DNA of 64,000 nt from Flavobacteriales bacterium (GTDB lineage: Bacteria > Bacteroidota > Bacteroidia > Palsa-965). The notes beneath the pieces are model-generated. The model searched no databases and was not told the origin of the DNA. It saw only the letters and a program-made list of their open reading frames with translations. Made by a program: the position numbers and the translations under genes. Shown here in pieces: positions 20,474-30,093 of this stretch; positions within the stretch are counted from its first letter, which is position 1, and each line of letters starts with the position of its first letter. Where the stretch lies: assembly GCA_040377305.1 (NCBI GenBank), contig JBEIPA010000008.1, positions 139,685-203,684 on the forward strand, in the 5' to 3' direction.

Positions 20474-21157
20474 ATGCCGACAACAAACGAAATGATCCTG
20501 AAAGTCCTCAAAGAGAAATCTTCCCTTAAGCAGGACGTATTCGCCAAGAACCTTGCTGTCTTCAAGACGCTGAAAGAAGTGTGCCGCGATCTGGCGAAAG
20601 AACTCAAACCCAAGGCCAACGAAATCGACAAGCGTCTGGTCGTTGAATTCAAAGACAAGAGCGAGTTTGAATTCGAAATGCGCGTTGCCGGCGATGTACT
20701 CGTCTTCAGCATGCACACCAACGTGTTTGAGTTCGATTCAAGTCACCAGATGTGGAAGTCCTCGTATGTCCGCGATAATGAATCGGCTTCCTATTGCGGG
20801 ATGATCAACATTTACAACTTCCTCGCCGATTCGTTTAAGTATAGCCGCAGCAATGACCTTGGATACCTGGTGGCACGCATCTTCGTGAACTATGAAGATC
20901 ACTTCTTTGTGGAAGGTAAACGTCAGCTCGGATTCCTTTACAATGACTTCCAGAACAGCGTGGTTAGCCGGGAGCAGCTTCTCAATATTGTGGAGTCGGC
21001 AATTCTTTACTGTCTGGATTTCGACCTCTTCACGCCACCATTCGACGAGGTCAAGGTGATCAGTCTCGGCCAGGTTGAAGAAGCCAGCGCCATGATGTCT
21101 GTAAAGACCGGTAAGCGCCTCGGATTCCGTTTTCAGGCCGACACTGACCTTGAGTAG
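20474..21157 (+). CDS. Conserved hypothetical Bacteroidota protein
   Basis: 227-aa ORF with 'MHTNVF', 'YNFLADSFKY.R.NDLGYL.ARIF.N'. Confidence 0.8.
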   Translation: MPTTNEMILKVLKEKSSLKQDVFAKNLAVFKTLKEVCRDLAKELKPKANEIDKRLVVEFKDKSEFEFEMRVAGDVLVFSMHTNVFEFDSSHQMWKSSYVRDNESASYCGMINIYNFLADSFKYSRSNDLGYLVARIFVNYEDHFFVEGKRQLGFLYNDFQNSVVSREQLLNIVESAILYCLDFDLFTPPFDEVKVISLGQVEEASAMMSVKTGKRLGFRFQADTDLE

Positions 21158-21255
21158 CCAACAAAAATTAAAATCGCTCTACGGCCATTTCTGGAAGTCG
21201 CAATATTTTGTGGGCAACCTCGTGTTTGATTTTTTGTTGGAATTAAAAAAACAGC

Positions 21256-21263
21256 TACATTTG
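21256..21263 (+). promoter_or_regulatory. Bacteroidota sigma-70 -7 element (TACATTTG) for the tRNA
   Basis: Exact TAnnTTTG with an upstream TTTG, ~40 nt before tRNA-Glu. Confidence 0.7.
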
Positions 21264-21305
21264 CGCTCCCTAATTAAAAAAAGGGAGTCGTTCTTACAAA
21301 AAATT

Positions 21306-21380
21306 GGCCCGTTCGTCTAGGGGTTAGGACAGCAGATTTTCATTCTGTAAACAGGGGTTCGATTCCCCTACGGGCTACCA
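21306..21380 (+). tRNA. tRNA-Glu (anticodon TTC)
   Basis: GGCCCGT acceptor stem pairs with ACGGGCT, anticodon arm GCAGA-TTTTCAT-TCTGT, GGTTCGATTCCC T arm, encoded CCA. Confidence 0.97.
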
Positions 21381-21382
21381 CG

Positions 21383-21412
21383 AAAGCCGCTCTCTTCTGA
21401 GCGGCTTTTTTT
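21383..21412 (+). terminator. Intrinsic terminator after tRNA
   Basis: AAAGCCGCTC-TCTTCT-GAGCGGCTTT plus T run. Confidence 0.85.
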
Positions 21413-21834
21413 CATTTTCTGCATTTCGGTTTTCATTGACACCACCCTCTGTATCCCTTGCTGCATAAGGCTTTCAGAGGCGCGACCATTTTTACCAATG
21501 AAAAAATCCGGTTTGCCTTCGTCACAACAGCGAAGTAGAAAAATCTCCATTGGGGAGCAGGATTTTTTCATTGAGAAGTTGCTTTTCTGACACACAAAAA
21601 CAGCGACTTTTTTCATTGGTAAACCGTACTTTTTCATTGGAGACCGGAACGGCTGAAAAGTGTTTCTCCAATGAAAAAAGACACCTAAGAGCGGTTTTCA
21701 GAAGAGAAAAATCAAAAAAGTTTTCAATACTCTAAGAGAAGAAACGGTTGATAACATTCTACGTTCTCCTATTGTGCGCTATAGAGTAGAAACTATTTTT
21801 GACTCAACACTTAACTAATTAATCAAAAGTAACC

Positions 21835-22185
21835 ATGGCTAAAAAAGCAGCTAAGAAAAAAGCAGCTCCTAAGAAGGCAGCAGCTAAGAAAAAGGCAGCG
21901 CCTAAAAAGGCAGCAGCAAAAAAGAAAACAGCACGGAAACCAAATCCTGCGTTCATGAAGCCTTTGACTGCATCTGCAGCACTCGCTGAAGTAATCGGAA
22001 GCAAGCCGATGCCACGTACTGAGATCGTTTCTCAGATCTGGAAGTACATCAAGAAGAACGGTCTTCAGGACAAAAAGAATCGCCGCATGATCAATGCTGA
22101 CGCGAAACTGAAGCCAGTATTCGGAAGCAAGTCGCAAATCTCTATGTTCGAGCTTGCGAAAGTTGTTTCTAAGCACGTGAAATAA
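21835..22185 (+). CDS. SWIB/MDM2-domain protein with histone H1-like Lys/Ala tail
   Basis: (KKAAAKKKAAP)n repeats then 'FMKPLT.S..LA.VIG..PRTE...IW.YIKK..LQD'. Confidence 0.92.
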   Translation: MAKKAAKKKAAPKKAAAKKKAAPKKAAAKKKTARKPNPAFMKPLTASAALAEVIGSKPMPRTEIVSQIWKYIKKNGLQDKKNRRMINADAKLKPVFGSKSQISMFELAKVVSKHVK

Positions 22186-22201
22186 GCCTTAACAGGTTAT
22201 T

Positions 22202-22243
22202 AAAAAAAGGGTTTTCTCTTCGGAGGAGACCCTTTTTTCTTTT
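22202..22243 (+). terminator. Intrinsic terminator
   Basis: AAAAAAGGGTTTTCTC-TTCG-GAGGAGACCCTTTTTT. Confidence 0.8.
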
Positions 22244-22267
22244 GGGGCCAACAGCGAACTTCGGTCG

Positions 22268-22362
22268 GGGCATTAGGGCATTAGGGTATTTAGGTTAGAA
22301 ATCGTTTTCAATTTGTGTTGCCCATTTGCCACAATGCCCTAATGCCTTAATGCCTCATTCCC
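22268..22362. repeat. 8-nt-period inverted doublet (GGGCATTA / TAATGCCC)
   Basis: GGGCATTA-GGGCATTA-GGGTATTT ... AATGCCCT-AATGCCTT-AATGCCTC. Confidence 0.8.
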
Positions 22363-22374
22363 TATCTTCGTTCT

Positions 22375-23787
22375 ATGGAATGGATCTCCATTATACTTTC
22401 TGTTTTGTGTCTTCTCGCGCTTGTGGTTCTCCTCGTGCGCAAGAACAATTCCTCCACAGAAGGAATCGCTTCCTTATTAAAGGACAATCGCCAGGAGGTT
22501 ATGCAGCAATTGAAGGAAAACCGAACGGAACTGAACCAGACCATTGGGGAATTCCGGAAAGAACTCACCGAATCAATGGGTGGACTTTCGAAACAACAAC
22601 GCGAATCGCTCGACAAACTCGAAGAGAAATTCAAGACACTTACTGATAAGAACGACGCTCAACTCGAGAAAGTGAATACCAAGCTCGAGGAGAAACTGGC
22701 GGATGTTACTAATCAAACCAGAAGCGAGAATAAGCTTTTGAAAGAATCGCAGGAGAAATCGCTGAAGGAATTCCAGGGCAGCTTCGATAAAAACGTACAG
22801 TCGTTTAATGACTTGCAACGTGAGAAGTTCGCTCAGATGGAAAACCAACAGAAGGAAATGGTGCAGCTGACAGAGAAGAAACTCGAAGAAATGCGGGTGA
22901 CTGTTGATGAGAAGTTGCAGAAGACATTAAATGAGCGAATCAGTCAGTCGTTCGAACAGGTGAGCAAACACCTGGAGAACGTACAGAAAGGTTTGGGCGA
23001 AATGCAAACGCTTGCGCAGGATGTTGGCGGACTGAAGAAAGTCCTGAGCAATGTGAAAATGCGTGGAGGTATAGGTGAAGTTCAGTTGGCCATGCTGCTA
23101 GAACAGATTCTCGCTCCTGAGCAATACGAAGCGAATGTGAAAACGAAGAAAGGTTCTTCCGAACTCGTGGAATTCGCAATCAAGCTTCCGGGAAAAGAAG
23201 AAGACGGTTCTCAGGTCTGGCTTCCTGTCGATGCGAAATTTCCACAAGACATGTACGCGAAACTGCAGGAAGCATACGATGTTGGTGATGTCGCTATTAT
23301 TGAACGGGAAGGAAAAGCGTTGGAGAATACAGTTCGCGTGATGGCGAAAGACATCCGCGATAAATACCTCGATCCTCCGGGCACAACAGATTTCGCAATC
23401 ATGTTTCTGCCCTTCGAAGGAATTTACGCAGAGATTATTCGTCGCTCAGGATTTGTAGACATGCTCATGCGTGACTATAAAGTCGTAATCACCGGACCAA
23501 CTACTTTCGCAGCCATACTTAATAGTCTGCAGATGGGCTTCCGCACACTCGCAATTCAGAAACGTAGCGGTGAAGTTTGGGAAGTTCTGAAAGCTGTAAA
23601 AACGGAATTCGGAAACTTCAGCACCGTTCTCCAAAAAGCGCAGAAGAATATTCAGGACGCAAACGACGAAATTGAAAAACTCGTCACTACACGCACACGA
23701 AAAATTCAACTTCGTTTACAGGATGTCGAGAAACTCAGCAATGAGGATGCGACCAAGGTTATCGGCGCCAGCGAACCCGAACCATGA
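22375..23787 (+). CDS. rmuC: DNA recombination protein RmuC
   Basis: N-terminal TM segment and coiled coil, 'RGGIGEVQL', 'LPVDAKFP', 'TTDFAIMFLPFEG', 'GPTT..LNSLQMGF'. Confidence 0.95.
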   Translation: MEWISIILSVLCLLALVVLLVRKNNSSTEGIASLLKDNRQEVMQQLKENRTELNQTIGEFRKELTESMGGLSKQQRESLDKLEEKFKTLTDKNDAQLEKVNTKLEEKLADVTNQTRSENKLLKESQEKSLKEFQGSFDKNVQSFNDLQREKFAQMENQQKEMVQLTEKKLEEMRVTVDEKLQKTLNERISQSFEQVSKHLENVQKGLGEMQTLAQDVGGLKKVLSNVKMRGGIGEVQLAMLLEQILAPEQYEANVKTKKGSSELVEFAIKLPGKEEDGSQVWLPVDAKFPQDMYAKLQEAYDVGDVAIIEREGKALENTVRVMAKDIRDKYLDPPGTTDFAIMFLPFEGIYAEIIRRSGFVDMLMRDYKVVITGPTTFAAILNSLQMGFRTLAIQKRSGEVWEVLKAVKTEFGNFSTVLQKAQKNIQDANDEIEKLVTTRTRKIQLRLQDVEKLSNEDATKVIGASEPEP

Positions 23788-23875
23788 TGAGATGATTGGA
23801 TTATAAAATGATCGGATTATATTAGTGGTGCTAACCCAATCCTATCATCCAATCATCAGAGCATCCCATCATCAT
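23784..23875. repeat. 8-nt-period inverted doublet (GATGATNN / NNATCATC)
   Basis: ATGATGAG-ATGATTGG-ATTATAAA-ATGATCGG ... CCTATCATCC-AATCATCAGAGCATCCCATCAT; fills the whole gap from the rmuC stop to the next ATG. Confidence 0.75.
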
Positions 23876-24869
23876 GAGCAAACTCATCTTAACCGCCGAC
23901 GACTACGGTGCCTGCAATTACATCGATAGCGGCATCATTAAAGCACTGAAAGAACGCCGATTGAATTCCGTTGCTGCGTTTGTTTGCTTTCCCGATTCTC
24001 ACGATCGTATTGAGCAATTGGTGAAACTTCGGAAAGACGAAGGGCTGAGCTTTGGAATCGGTTTGCACTTTTCCGCAACAGCGGGTTTTCCATTAACAGC
24101 AGCAAAAACTTTGCGTAGAGATGCGAATAATCCCGCTTCTCCGTTCAAAGGTCCTGATACATTCTTCGACGGCACGAATTATAATCGCGATGAGCTGAGT
24201 GGTGAAATTGAAGCACAAGTTCATGCGCTGGAAGCAATTCTGCAGGACGCCGGGTACGACAAGAATTCCAGGCAGATTGATTCTCTGTCGAATCATCACG
24301 GCGTTGTGTATATCGACAACAAATTATTCCGTGATTACATTCGACTTGCAGAATTCTTTGCGATTCCGATCCGCAGTCCGCAACCGTGGAGCACATCGAA
24401 GCTTAAGAAAATGAACTTCGATGGGAAGATATTCAATGCTGCTGTGCGTGAAGGTATGAAGCTTGGATTTCTCCAGCGATTCTGGTCGGCACCCGGATCA
24501 AAAGGTCGTGTAAAACTTGCTGATGAACGCGGACTTTTGTTTCCGTACTGCTTGCTCGACGAGTTTTATGGTCAGCCGAGTGCGGGATACCTGCAATACC
24601 TGCTGAACAATTACACGTCGAAAACATTTGCATCGGAATTCATGTTTCATCTTGGTGATCCTGCTTTGCGCCACGAGATGCATGCGTTGAAAAATGCCGG
24701 CACCGATGATAAAGTTCTGCCCGGAATTAACTTCGCGTACTTCGATAGTCGTGAACGTGAACTGGCGGAGTTGGTTTCTACTCCACTTCCATCGTTGGTG
24801 AAGAACAACAAGATTACGCTGTGTACGTTCCGGGATCTGGATGTTGATGATTCTCTCGAACCGAGATAA
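23874..24869 (+). CDS. ChbG/HpnK (YdjC) family deacetylase
   Basis: 'LILTADDYG', 'IGLH', 'EIEAQV', 'SNHH', 'EFMFHLG', 'RERE'. Confidence 0.85.
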   Translation: MSKLILTADDYGACNYIDSGIIKALKERRLNSVAAFVCFPDSHDRIEQLVKLRKDEGLSFGIGLHFSATAGFPLTAAKTLRRDANNPASPFKGPDTFFDGTNYNRDELSGEIEAQVHALEAILQDAGYDKNSRQIDSLSNHHGVVYIDNKLFRDYIRLAEFFAIPIRSPQPWSTSKLKKMNFDGKIFNAAVREGMKLGFLQRFWSAPGSKGRVKLADERGLLFPYCLLDEFYGQPSAGYLQYLLNNYTSKTFASEFMFHLGDPALRHEMHALKNAGTDDKVLPGINFAYFDSRERELAELVSTPLPSLVKNNKITLCTFRDLDVDDSLEPR

Positions 24870-25002
24870 AATATTCAGCACAACGTTCACGAAGACACAA
24901 AGAAATTCCTTCTGAGAACCTGAATCGTGGCCTTCTTGTGAGAACCTAGATCTTCATGGTCAATAACCACAAAGGCGCAGAGACGCAAAGGACCGCAAAG
25001 AA

Positions 25003-25860
25003 TTAAATGTGCTGTTCCGCGTGATATGAACTTCTCACCAGCGGTCCGCTCTCCACATAACGAATTCCGATTTCCAAACCGATTCGCTTGTAGAGTGCAA
25101 ATTTTTCCGGATGCACGAATGCCTTCACCGGCAAATGCTTTTTGGTTGGTTGTAAGTACTGACCGATCGTCATAACGTCAACGCCAACCCTGTGAAGGTC
25201 ATGCATGGTCTCGAAAACTTCTTCGTCAGTTTCTCCGAGTCCAACCATGATTCCGGATTTTGTTCTGCAACCACCGTCGTGCAAGTATTTCAACACGGCA
25301 AGACTGCGATCGTATTTCGCCTGGATGCGAACTTGTTTTGTAAGGCGTCGAACTGTCTCCATATTGTGAGAAACAATCTCAGGCTTTACATCAACAATGT
25401 TCTGCACGTTATGCATTTCTCCCTTGAAATCGGGAATCAAAGTTTCGAGTGTTGTTCCCGGACTCACGCGACGCACTGCACGAATTGTTTCTGCCCAGAT
25501 TTCGCTTCCGCCATCTTTCAGATCATCGCGATCAACAGAAGTGATGACACAATGTTTCACTTCCATGAGCTTCACCGATTCTGCAACACGTTCCGGTTCT
25601 TTCCAATCGGCAGCAAGCGGACGACCTGTTGCAACTGCACAGAAGCCGCATGAACGCGTACAGATATTGCCGAGAATCATAAACGTTGCGGTGCCTGCGC
25701 CCCAGCATTCGCCCATGTTCGGACAATTTCCACTCTCACAAATTGTATGAAGTTTGTGGTCCTCAACGAGCTTGCGAACCTTGAGATAACTCTCTCCGGT
25801 TGGCAATTTAACTCTGAGCCAGTCTGGTTTTTTGATTTTTGATTCGCGTACTTCTGCCAT
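25003..25860 (-). CDS. lipA: Lipoyl synthase
   Basis: KPDWLR, CX4CX5[16 protein letters not shown]. Confidence 0.97.
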   Translation of the reverse strand: MAEVRESKIKKPDWLRVKLPTGESYLKVRKLVEDHKLHTICESGNCPNMGECWGAGTATFMILGNICTRSCGFCAVATGRPLAADWKEPERVAESVKLMEVKHCVITSVDRDDLKDGGSEIWAETIRAVRRVSPGTTLETLIPDFKGEMHNVQNIVDVKPEIVSHNMETVRRLTKQVRIQAKYDRSLAVLKYLHDGGCRTKSGIMVGLGETDEEVFETMHDLHRVGVDVMTIGQYLQPTKKHLPVKAFVHPEKFALYKRIGLEIGIRYVESGPLVRSSYHAEQHI

Positions 25861-25916
25861 TTTCCTAATCTTGTTGCTTGCGAATTGTCAGACCGAGCGG
25901 AGTCGAGGGTTGACAA

Positions 25917-26687
25917 TTAAAACCACTTTCTACCCATGCTAAACTGCAAATACAGCGACATCAGAACGATCTGATCTTTATCCTGAGCCATGATTTTAAC
26001 AGGAGTGATATACACGTCTGTAATGAATCCAATTTCGACTGAACGAATTTCTGTGTCGAGTGGTCCGTATTCGAAATTCAATCCCACTTTTCCGTAACCA
26101 CCCGGACGAATTCCAATTTCACCTAATCCGCGAACGAATGGTGCACGGCCGTAGATATTATCCGGATAGTGTTTGTCGGGATCGTACTTTTCCGTGACTA
26201 CAAGTTTGGTTCCTGGCATTTGATTGTCGTAAAGAATTTCCAGGTAAACCGGTTTTGCAATTCCAACAGACACCCCAAAGAATGCCACGTAACGAATTTC
26301 AACTCCGTTCTTCTCCGGCTTTGTGTAAATGACATTCTGAATTCCCACACCCGTTCTGAAAATGAAGAAGCTGTTCAACTTTCCGTAGTAGTAACCTTTC
26401 GCGTTATCGTAAAACGGATTGGTCACTTTAACTTCTTTCGGGTGCTTGTAATTCGTCACGTCGAATTCCCAAATGCCTTTGCGCGCAGCAGTAACATGTT
26501 TGCAACGACGATAATTCAATCCGAATCCGTGAGAGTTGATGATAATTCCACCATTTGCTTCGTTGCGGTACAACAAGCCGGCATCTTCATACAGGTTGGC
26601 ATTTGTTTGCACGATTTGCGTATCGACCTGCGCGAACAACGCGGGCGAAGCAACAATCATGAACAAAAAGAGAAGTTTAAATCTCAT
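25917..26687 (-). CDS. Hypothetical outer-membrane protein
   Basis: Signal peptide, 'KHPKE', 'YYYGKLNS', 'KPVYL', C-terminal 'GRKWF'. Confidence 0.75.
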   Translation of the reverse strand: MRFKLLFLFMIVASPALFAQVDTQIVQTNANLYEDAGLLYRNEANGGIIINSHGFGLNYRRCKHVTAARKGIWEFDVTNYKHPKEVKVTNPFYDNAKGYYYGKLNSFFIFRTGVGIQNVIYTKPEKNGVEIRYVAFFGVSVGIAKPVYLEILYDNQMPGTKLVVTEKYDPDKHYPDNIYGRAPFVRGLGEIGIRPGGYGKVGLNFEYGPLDTEIRSVEIGFITDVYITPVKIMAQDKDQIVLMSLYLQFSMGRKWF

Positions 26688-26764
26688 ACAAATACCGAAC
26701 TTTGCCTGCATTAGCTTACTAACAAAGTTAGCAAGAAAATTCATCGATTTTACACCCATAACTC

Positions 26765-27175
26765 ATGTCGAAAATTGCCGAAACAGAATACCTCGGAGGG
26801 CTTAGAACCTCATCCATACATCAACGTTCGGGCCAGTTAATTATTACTGATGCTCCACCCGATAATAACGGAAGAGGTGAAGCTTTTTCCCCTACCGATC
26901 TCATGTCAACCTCGCTTGCCTGTTGCATGATGACGATTATGGGAATAGTTGCAAATCGTCACAATATCAACCTTGATGGAATGAAAGCCGACGTTTCCAA
27001 GATCATGGGTACAGAACCAAGACGTGTGACTGAAATTGTGGTTGCTTTGAGCGTGCCGGGAAAGGATTTGACGGATAAAGACAAGCAGATATTGGAGAAT
27101 GCGGCGTACACGTGTCCGGTGGCTAAAAGTCTGCATCCGGATCTGAAGCAGACTGTAAGCTTTGAGTGGATCTAA
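26765..27175 (+). CDS. OsmC family protein
   Basis: 'TDAP.DN.G.GEAFSPTDL...LA.C', 'CPVAKSL'. Confidence 0.92.
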   Translation: MSKIAETEYLGGLRTSSIHQRSGQLIITDAPPDNNGRGEAFSPTDLMSTSLACCMMTIMGIVANRHNINLDGMKADVSKIMGTEPRRVTEIVVALSVPGKDLTDKDKQILENAAYTCPVAKSLHPDLKQTVSFEWI

Positions 27176-27319
27176 ACACATAGAATCATAGCCCGTTATT
27201 TTCCAGCGTTAGTCAAGAATTACATAGTTCACAGGAGAATATCGCTCAAGCGATATTCTCCTGTGAACTATGATCGCGAAGCGCCTTAACACCAAGCACA
27301 AACTATGATTCTATGTGTT
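27175..27319. mobile_element. Nested inverted-repeat element E2, halves Y+Z
   Basis: Perfect 17-bp outer IR AACACATAGAATCATAG; perfect inner IR CATAGTTCACAGGAGAATATCGC around a TCAA loop. Confidence 0.88.
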
Positions 27320-27369
27320 AATAAAAAAGCCCTCCGGTCTGGAAGGCTTTTCATCAAGAATGAACTTGA

Positions 27370-27498
27370 TTAAGAATTTCTCTGCTCAGCTTTAGAGCTA
27401 GTTGAAGTGTATGCCTCACACTTTTCTTTGCTCTTGCATGATGAAACAGAAACAGCAATCACGAAAAGAGCAAGAGCTGTGATGAATACATTTTTCAT
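27370..27498 (-). CDS. Small 42-aa lipoprotein (absent from ORF track)
   Basis: Manual translation MKNVFITALALFVIAVSVSSCKSKEKCEAYTSTSSKAEQRNS*; lipobox VSSC; hairpin terminator at ~27323-27352. Confidence 0.8.
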   Translation of the reverse strand: MKNVFITALALFVIAVSVSSCKSKEKCEAYTSTSSKAEQRNS

Positions 27499-27675
27499 TT
27501 TCCTCGGGTTAGTTGTTTTGTATGTGTTTGCAAATACCGTGCAAATTTACGCCGAATCATGTTACTACATGAATTATAAATGCGATTTTTTATTCACACG
27601 CATAAAAATTACATTTACTACCCTTTTTGGGGCATTTTATATACGGAGTTTTATCATTTAAGATTTTATCAGATC

Positions 27676-28365
27676 ATGAGTACTACTGTTTCCAACGCAC
27701 CACAGATTCACGAATCGTGGAAAGCTGCGCTAAATATCGAGTTTGCGAAACCCTATTTCGCGGAACTCAAGCAATTTCTTCTGGAAGAAAAACAGCAATT
27801 TCCGGTGTATCCTCCAGGTCCGCTCATTTTCAATGCATTCAATCACACGCCATTTGAAGACGTGAAAGTGGTGATTCTCGGACAAGATCCTTATCACGGA
27901 AACGGTCAGGCGAACGGAATGTGCTTTTCAGTTTCACAAGGAATCAAGCATCCACCTTCCCTCGTGAATATTTTCAAGGAGATGCAGAAAGATCTGAATG
28001 TACCTTATCCGAAAACTGGTGACCTGACTGGTTGGGCAAAGCAAGGTGTGTTGCTTATGAACACAACGTTAACCGTGCGTGAAGCAACACCAGCATCGCA
28101 TCAAGGTCGTGGCTGGGAAGAATTCACTGATTCTGTGATTCGCAATCTGAGTGAGAAACGAGAAGGAATTGTTTTCATTTTGTGGGGACGTCACGCGCAG
28201 AATAAGAAACCACTGATTGATATCAGCAAGCATCATATTCTGGAAGCGGCACATCCGTCTCCGTTCTCTGCGAATGGATTCTTCGGTTGTCGCCATTTCT
28301 CGAAGGCGAATTACTATTTGATGCAAAACGGACAACAGCCAATCAACTGGATCGCACTTGGGTAG
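27676..28365 (+). CDS. ung: Uracil-DNA glycosylase
   Basis: 'VILGQDPYH', 'PPSLVNI', 'QGVLLMN', 'HPSPFS'. Confidence 0.97.
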   Translation: MSTTVSNAPQIHESWKAALNIEFAKPYFAELKQFLLEEKQQFPVYPPGPLIFNAFNHTPFEDVKVVILGQDPYHGNGQANGMCFSVSQGIKHPPSLVNIFKEMQKDLNVPYPKTGDLTGWAKQGVLLMNTTLTVREATPASHQGRGWEEFTDSVIRNLSEKREGIVFILWGRHAQNKKPLIDISKHHILEAAHPSPFSANGFFGCRHFSKANYYLMQNGQQPINWIALG

Positions 28366-28417
28366 TGAACATGCCGAAGCGCTCAGTACTATACGATCAT
28401 AATTTACACATCAGGAT

Positions 28418-29917
28418 ATGTTAAGCATTCAGAAAGTTGTGGCTTTGCTTGGAGAAGATCATCTCCGGGAATTTCGCGACTATCTGAAAAAGAATGGTGC
28501 TGAATTGCCTCTCAAACTGGTTGATGCCGTTCACACACACGGATGGAAAGAAGCCGACTCCGATGAGCTGTGCAAAATGATTTACGGTAAAGCAGGCGCA
28601 CAAGAGAAGAGAAAGTTCTTTCAGCTCGCTCACCACACATTTAAGCTCACCGGTTTTCTCAGCCGGAATTACCCTTCGTACTTACAACATAACGTTGGCA
28701 AGATCGAAGTTCTGGTGAATTCAGGAAATCTGAAAGATGCAAACGTGCTGGCGGAAGTTCTCGTTGACATTGCAGAGAAAATTGAAGACTTTTCTACGTC
28801 GCGATCGGTGTTGCAGTTTCTTGCGCAACAATCGAACGTCCGCGAGAAAAAGACAGAATCTGTCCGTTTCCTCGAGACCAATTCACGTGTGATTGATTCG
28901 GAGAAAGCCCTCAACGATATTCATCTTTACCTGAGAAGTTATCTTCACTTCAAAGACAAAACTTCCGGTGACGATCTTGTTGCAGAGAAACATCTTTCCT
29001 ACTTCAAGTCGTTTCAGCAGCACACTTCTTTTGCAGTTCGCATTCTGAGTCGTTATGCCTGGTGCTATGCAATGGATTTCATGAACGACGAGCGTTTCTA
29101 TTCGCAGGAGATGCTGGACGAGCTGAATAACATCAGTGATGAGCTGGAGAAATCGCCGTATGTAATTTTCTCCTTCACCGATGATATTGAACTCAATGTT
29201 GATTACCTGAAACTGAAACTGCTCATTTCCTGGGTAGAGAAAGATGAGTTGCAGAAGATTGCATCCACGCTGCTCAAGAAAAGAGAAACACCGAAATTCT
29301 GGCGCAACTATCTTAACTCCGCACAGATTGCTTTCATCAGCATTCAAACCAGCTTGCTTGCGAGTAATTACGGTTTCTGTTACCGCAAAGGCTGGTACGA
29401 AAGCCGAAGCAACGAAGTAGCAGAAGAAATTGCGCTGTATAAAAAGTCCTGCGAAGAAATTCTGGCGAATCCGATGTGGGAAGAAGAAAGCCTGCATGTG
29501 CGCTATATCAACATCAGCAATATTTTCTGTTGCTTGTTGTTGATGAATAGCTACGAAGATGTAAAACGTGTTCCTCCGCTCATTGAAGGATTACTGTTCA
29601 ACTATCAGCAGGTTGCATTTCACAGAATGTACGATCAGATTTTCGCAACGTTGATTATGTCGTATTTCATTCTGGAAGATTACCAGAAAGTGCAGGAATG
29701 CTACAAGCGTTACGAGAAACTCACGGCGAATTCCACGAAGAACATGGAGAATGATCTTACGATTAAGGCGTACTACTATGCTGCACAGTGGATCAATTCA
29801 GGCAGAAAGCAGTACCAGGATAAGATGAATGCGCTGCTGGAAAAATCGGAGGGCGTGAAGAATCTGGAGAATGTTCGCTCGCTGGTGGTTGACATGAAAG
29901 AGTATTTCTCTTTCTGA
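28418..29917 (+). CDS. Hypothetical all-helical (TPR-like) protein
   Basis: 499-aa ORF, no signal peptide, helical pattern; no recognised catalytic motif. Confidence 0.7.
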   Translation: MLSIQKVVALLGEDHLREFRDYLKKNGAELPLKLVDAVHTHGWKEADSDELCKMIYGKAGAQEKRKFFQLAHHTFKLTGFLSRNYPSYLQHNVGKIEVLVNSGNLKDANVLAEVLVDIAEKIEDFSTSRSVLQFLAQQSNVREKKTESVRFLETNSRVIDSEKALNDIHLYLRSYLHFKDKTSGDDLVAEKHLSYFKSFQQHTSFAVRILSRYAWCYAMDFMNDERFYSQEMLDELNNISDELEKSPYVIFSFTDDIELNVDYLKLKLLISWVEKDELQKIASTLLKKRETPKFWRNYLNSAQIAFISIQTSLLASNYGFCYRKGWYESRSNEVAEEIALYKKSCEEILANPMWEEESLHVRYINISNIFCCLLLMNSYEDVKRVPPLIEGLLFNYQQVAFHRMYDQIFATLIMSYFILEDYQKVQECYKRYEKLTANSTKNMENDLTIKAYYYAAQWINSGRKQYQDKMNALLEKSEGVKNLENVRSLVVDMKEYFSF

Positions 29918-29928
29918 TTCTCGCGCAG

Positions 29929-30087
29929 ATGTTTTGCCCCTACAGGGCAATTTTCATTCCGGCGATCATTTTTTGTATGCATGTTTGGCCTCGCTGAGGC
30001 CATCGTGAAAAATAGGCTCCATAGGAGCCAAACATGCATACAAAAAATGACCAAGACCCGTAGACTTGCCCTGTAGGGGCAAAACAT
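29929..30087. mobile_element. 159-bp REPIN-like element with nested perfect inverted repeats
   Basis: Outer 22-bp IR ATGTTTTGCCCCTACAGGGCAA (29929/30066); inner 24-bp IR (29966/30027); four small GC hairpins. Confidence 0.88.
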
Positions 30088-30093
30088 GTGAAT

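Noticed and set aside
21368-21735. Short ORFs or an integrated element at tRNA-Glu
   Set aside because: No integrase and no duplicated tRNA 3' end (att site) seen; the ORFs merely translate the TTTTTCATTGG motifs.
21838-21930. 30-bp DNA tandem repeat
   Set aside because: Explained by the Lys/Ala histone-like peptide repeats of the SWIB protein.
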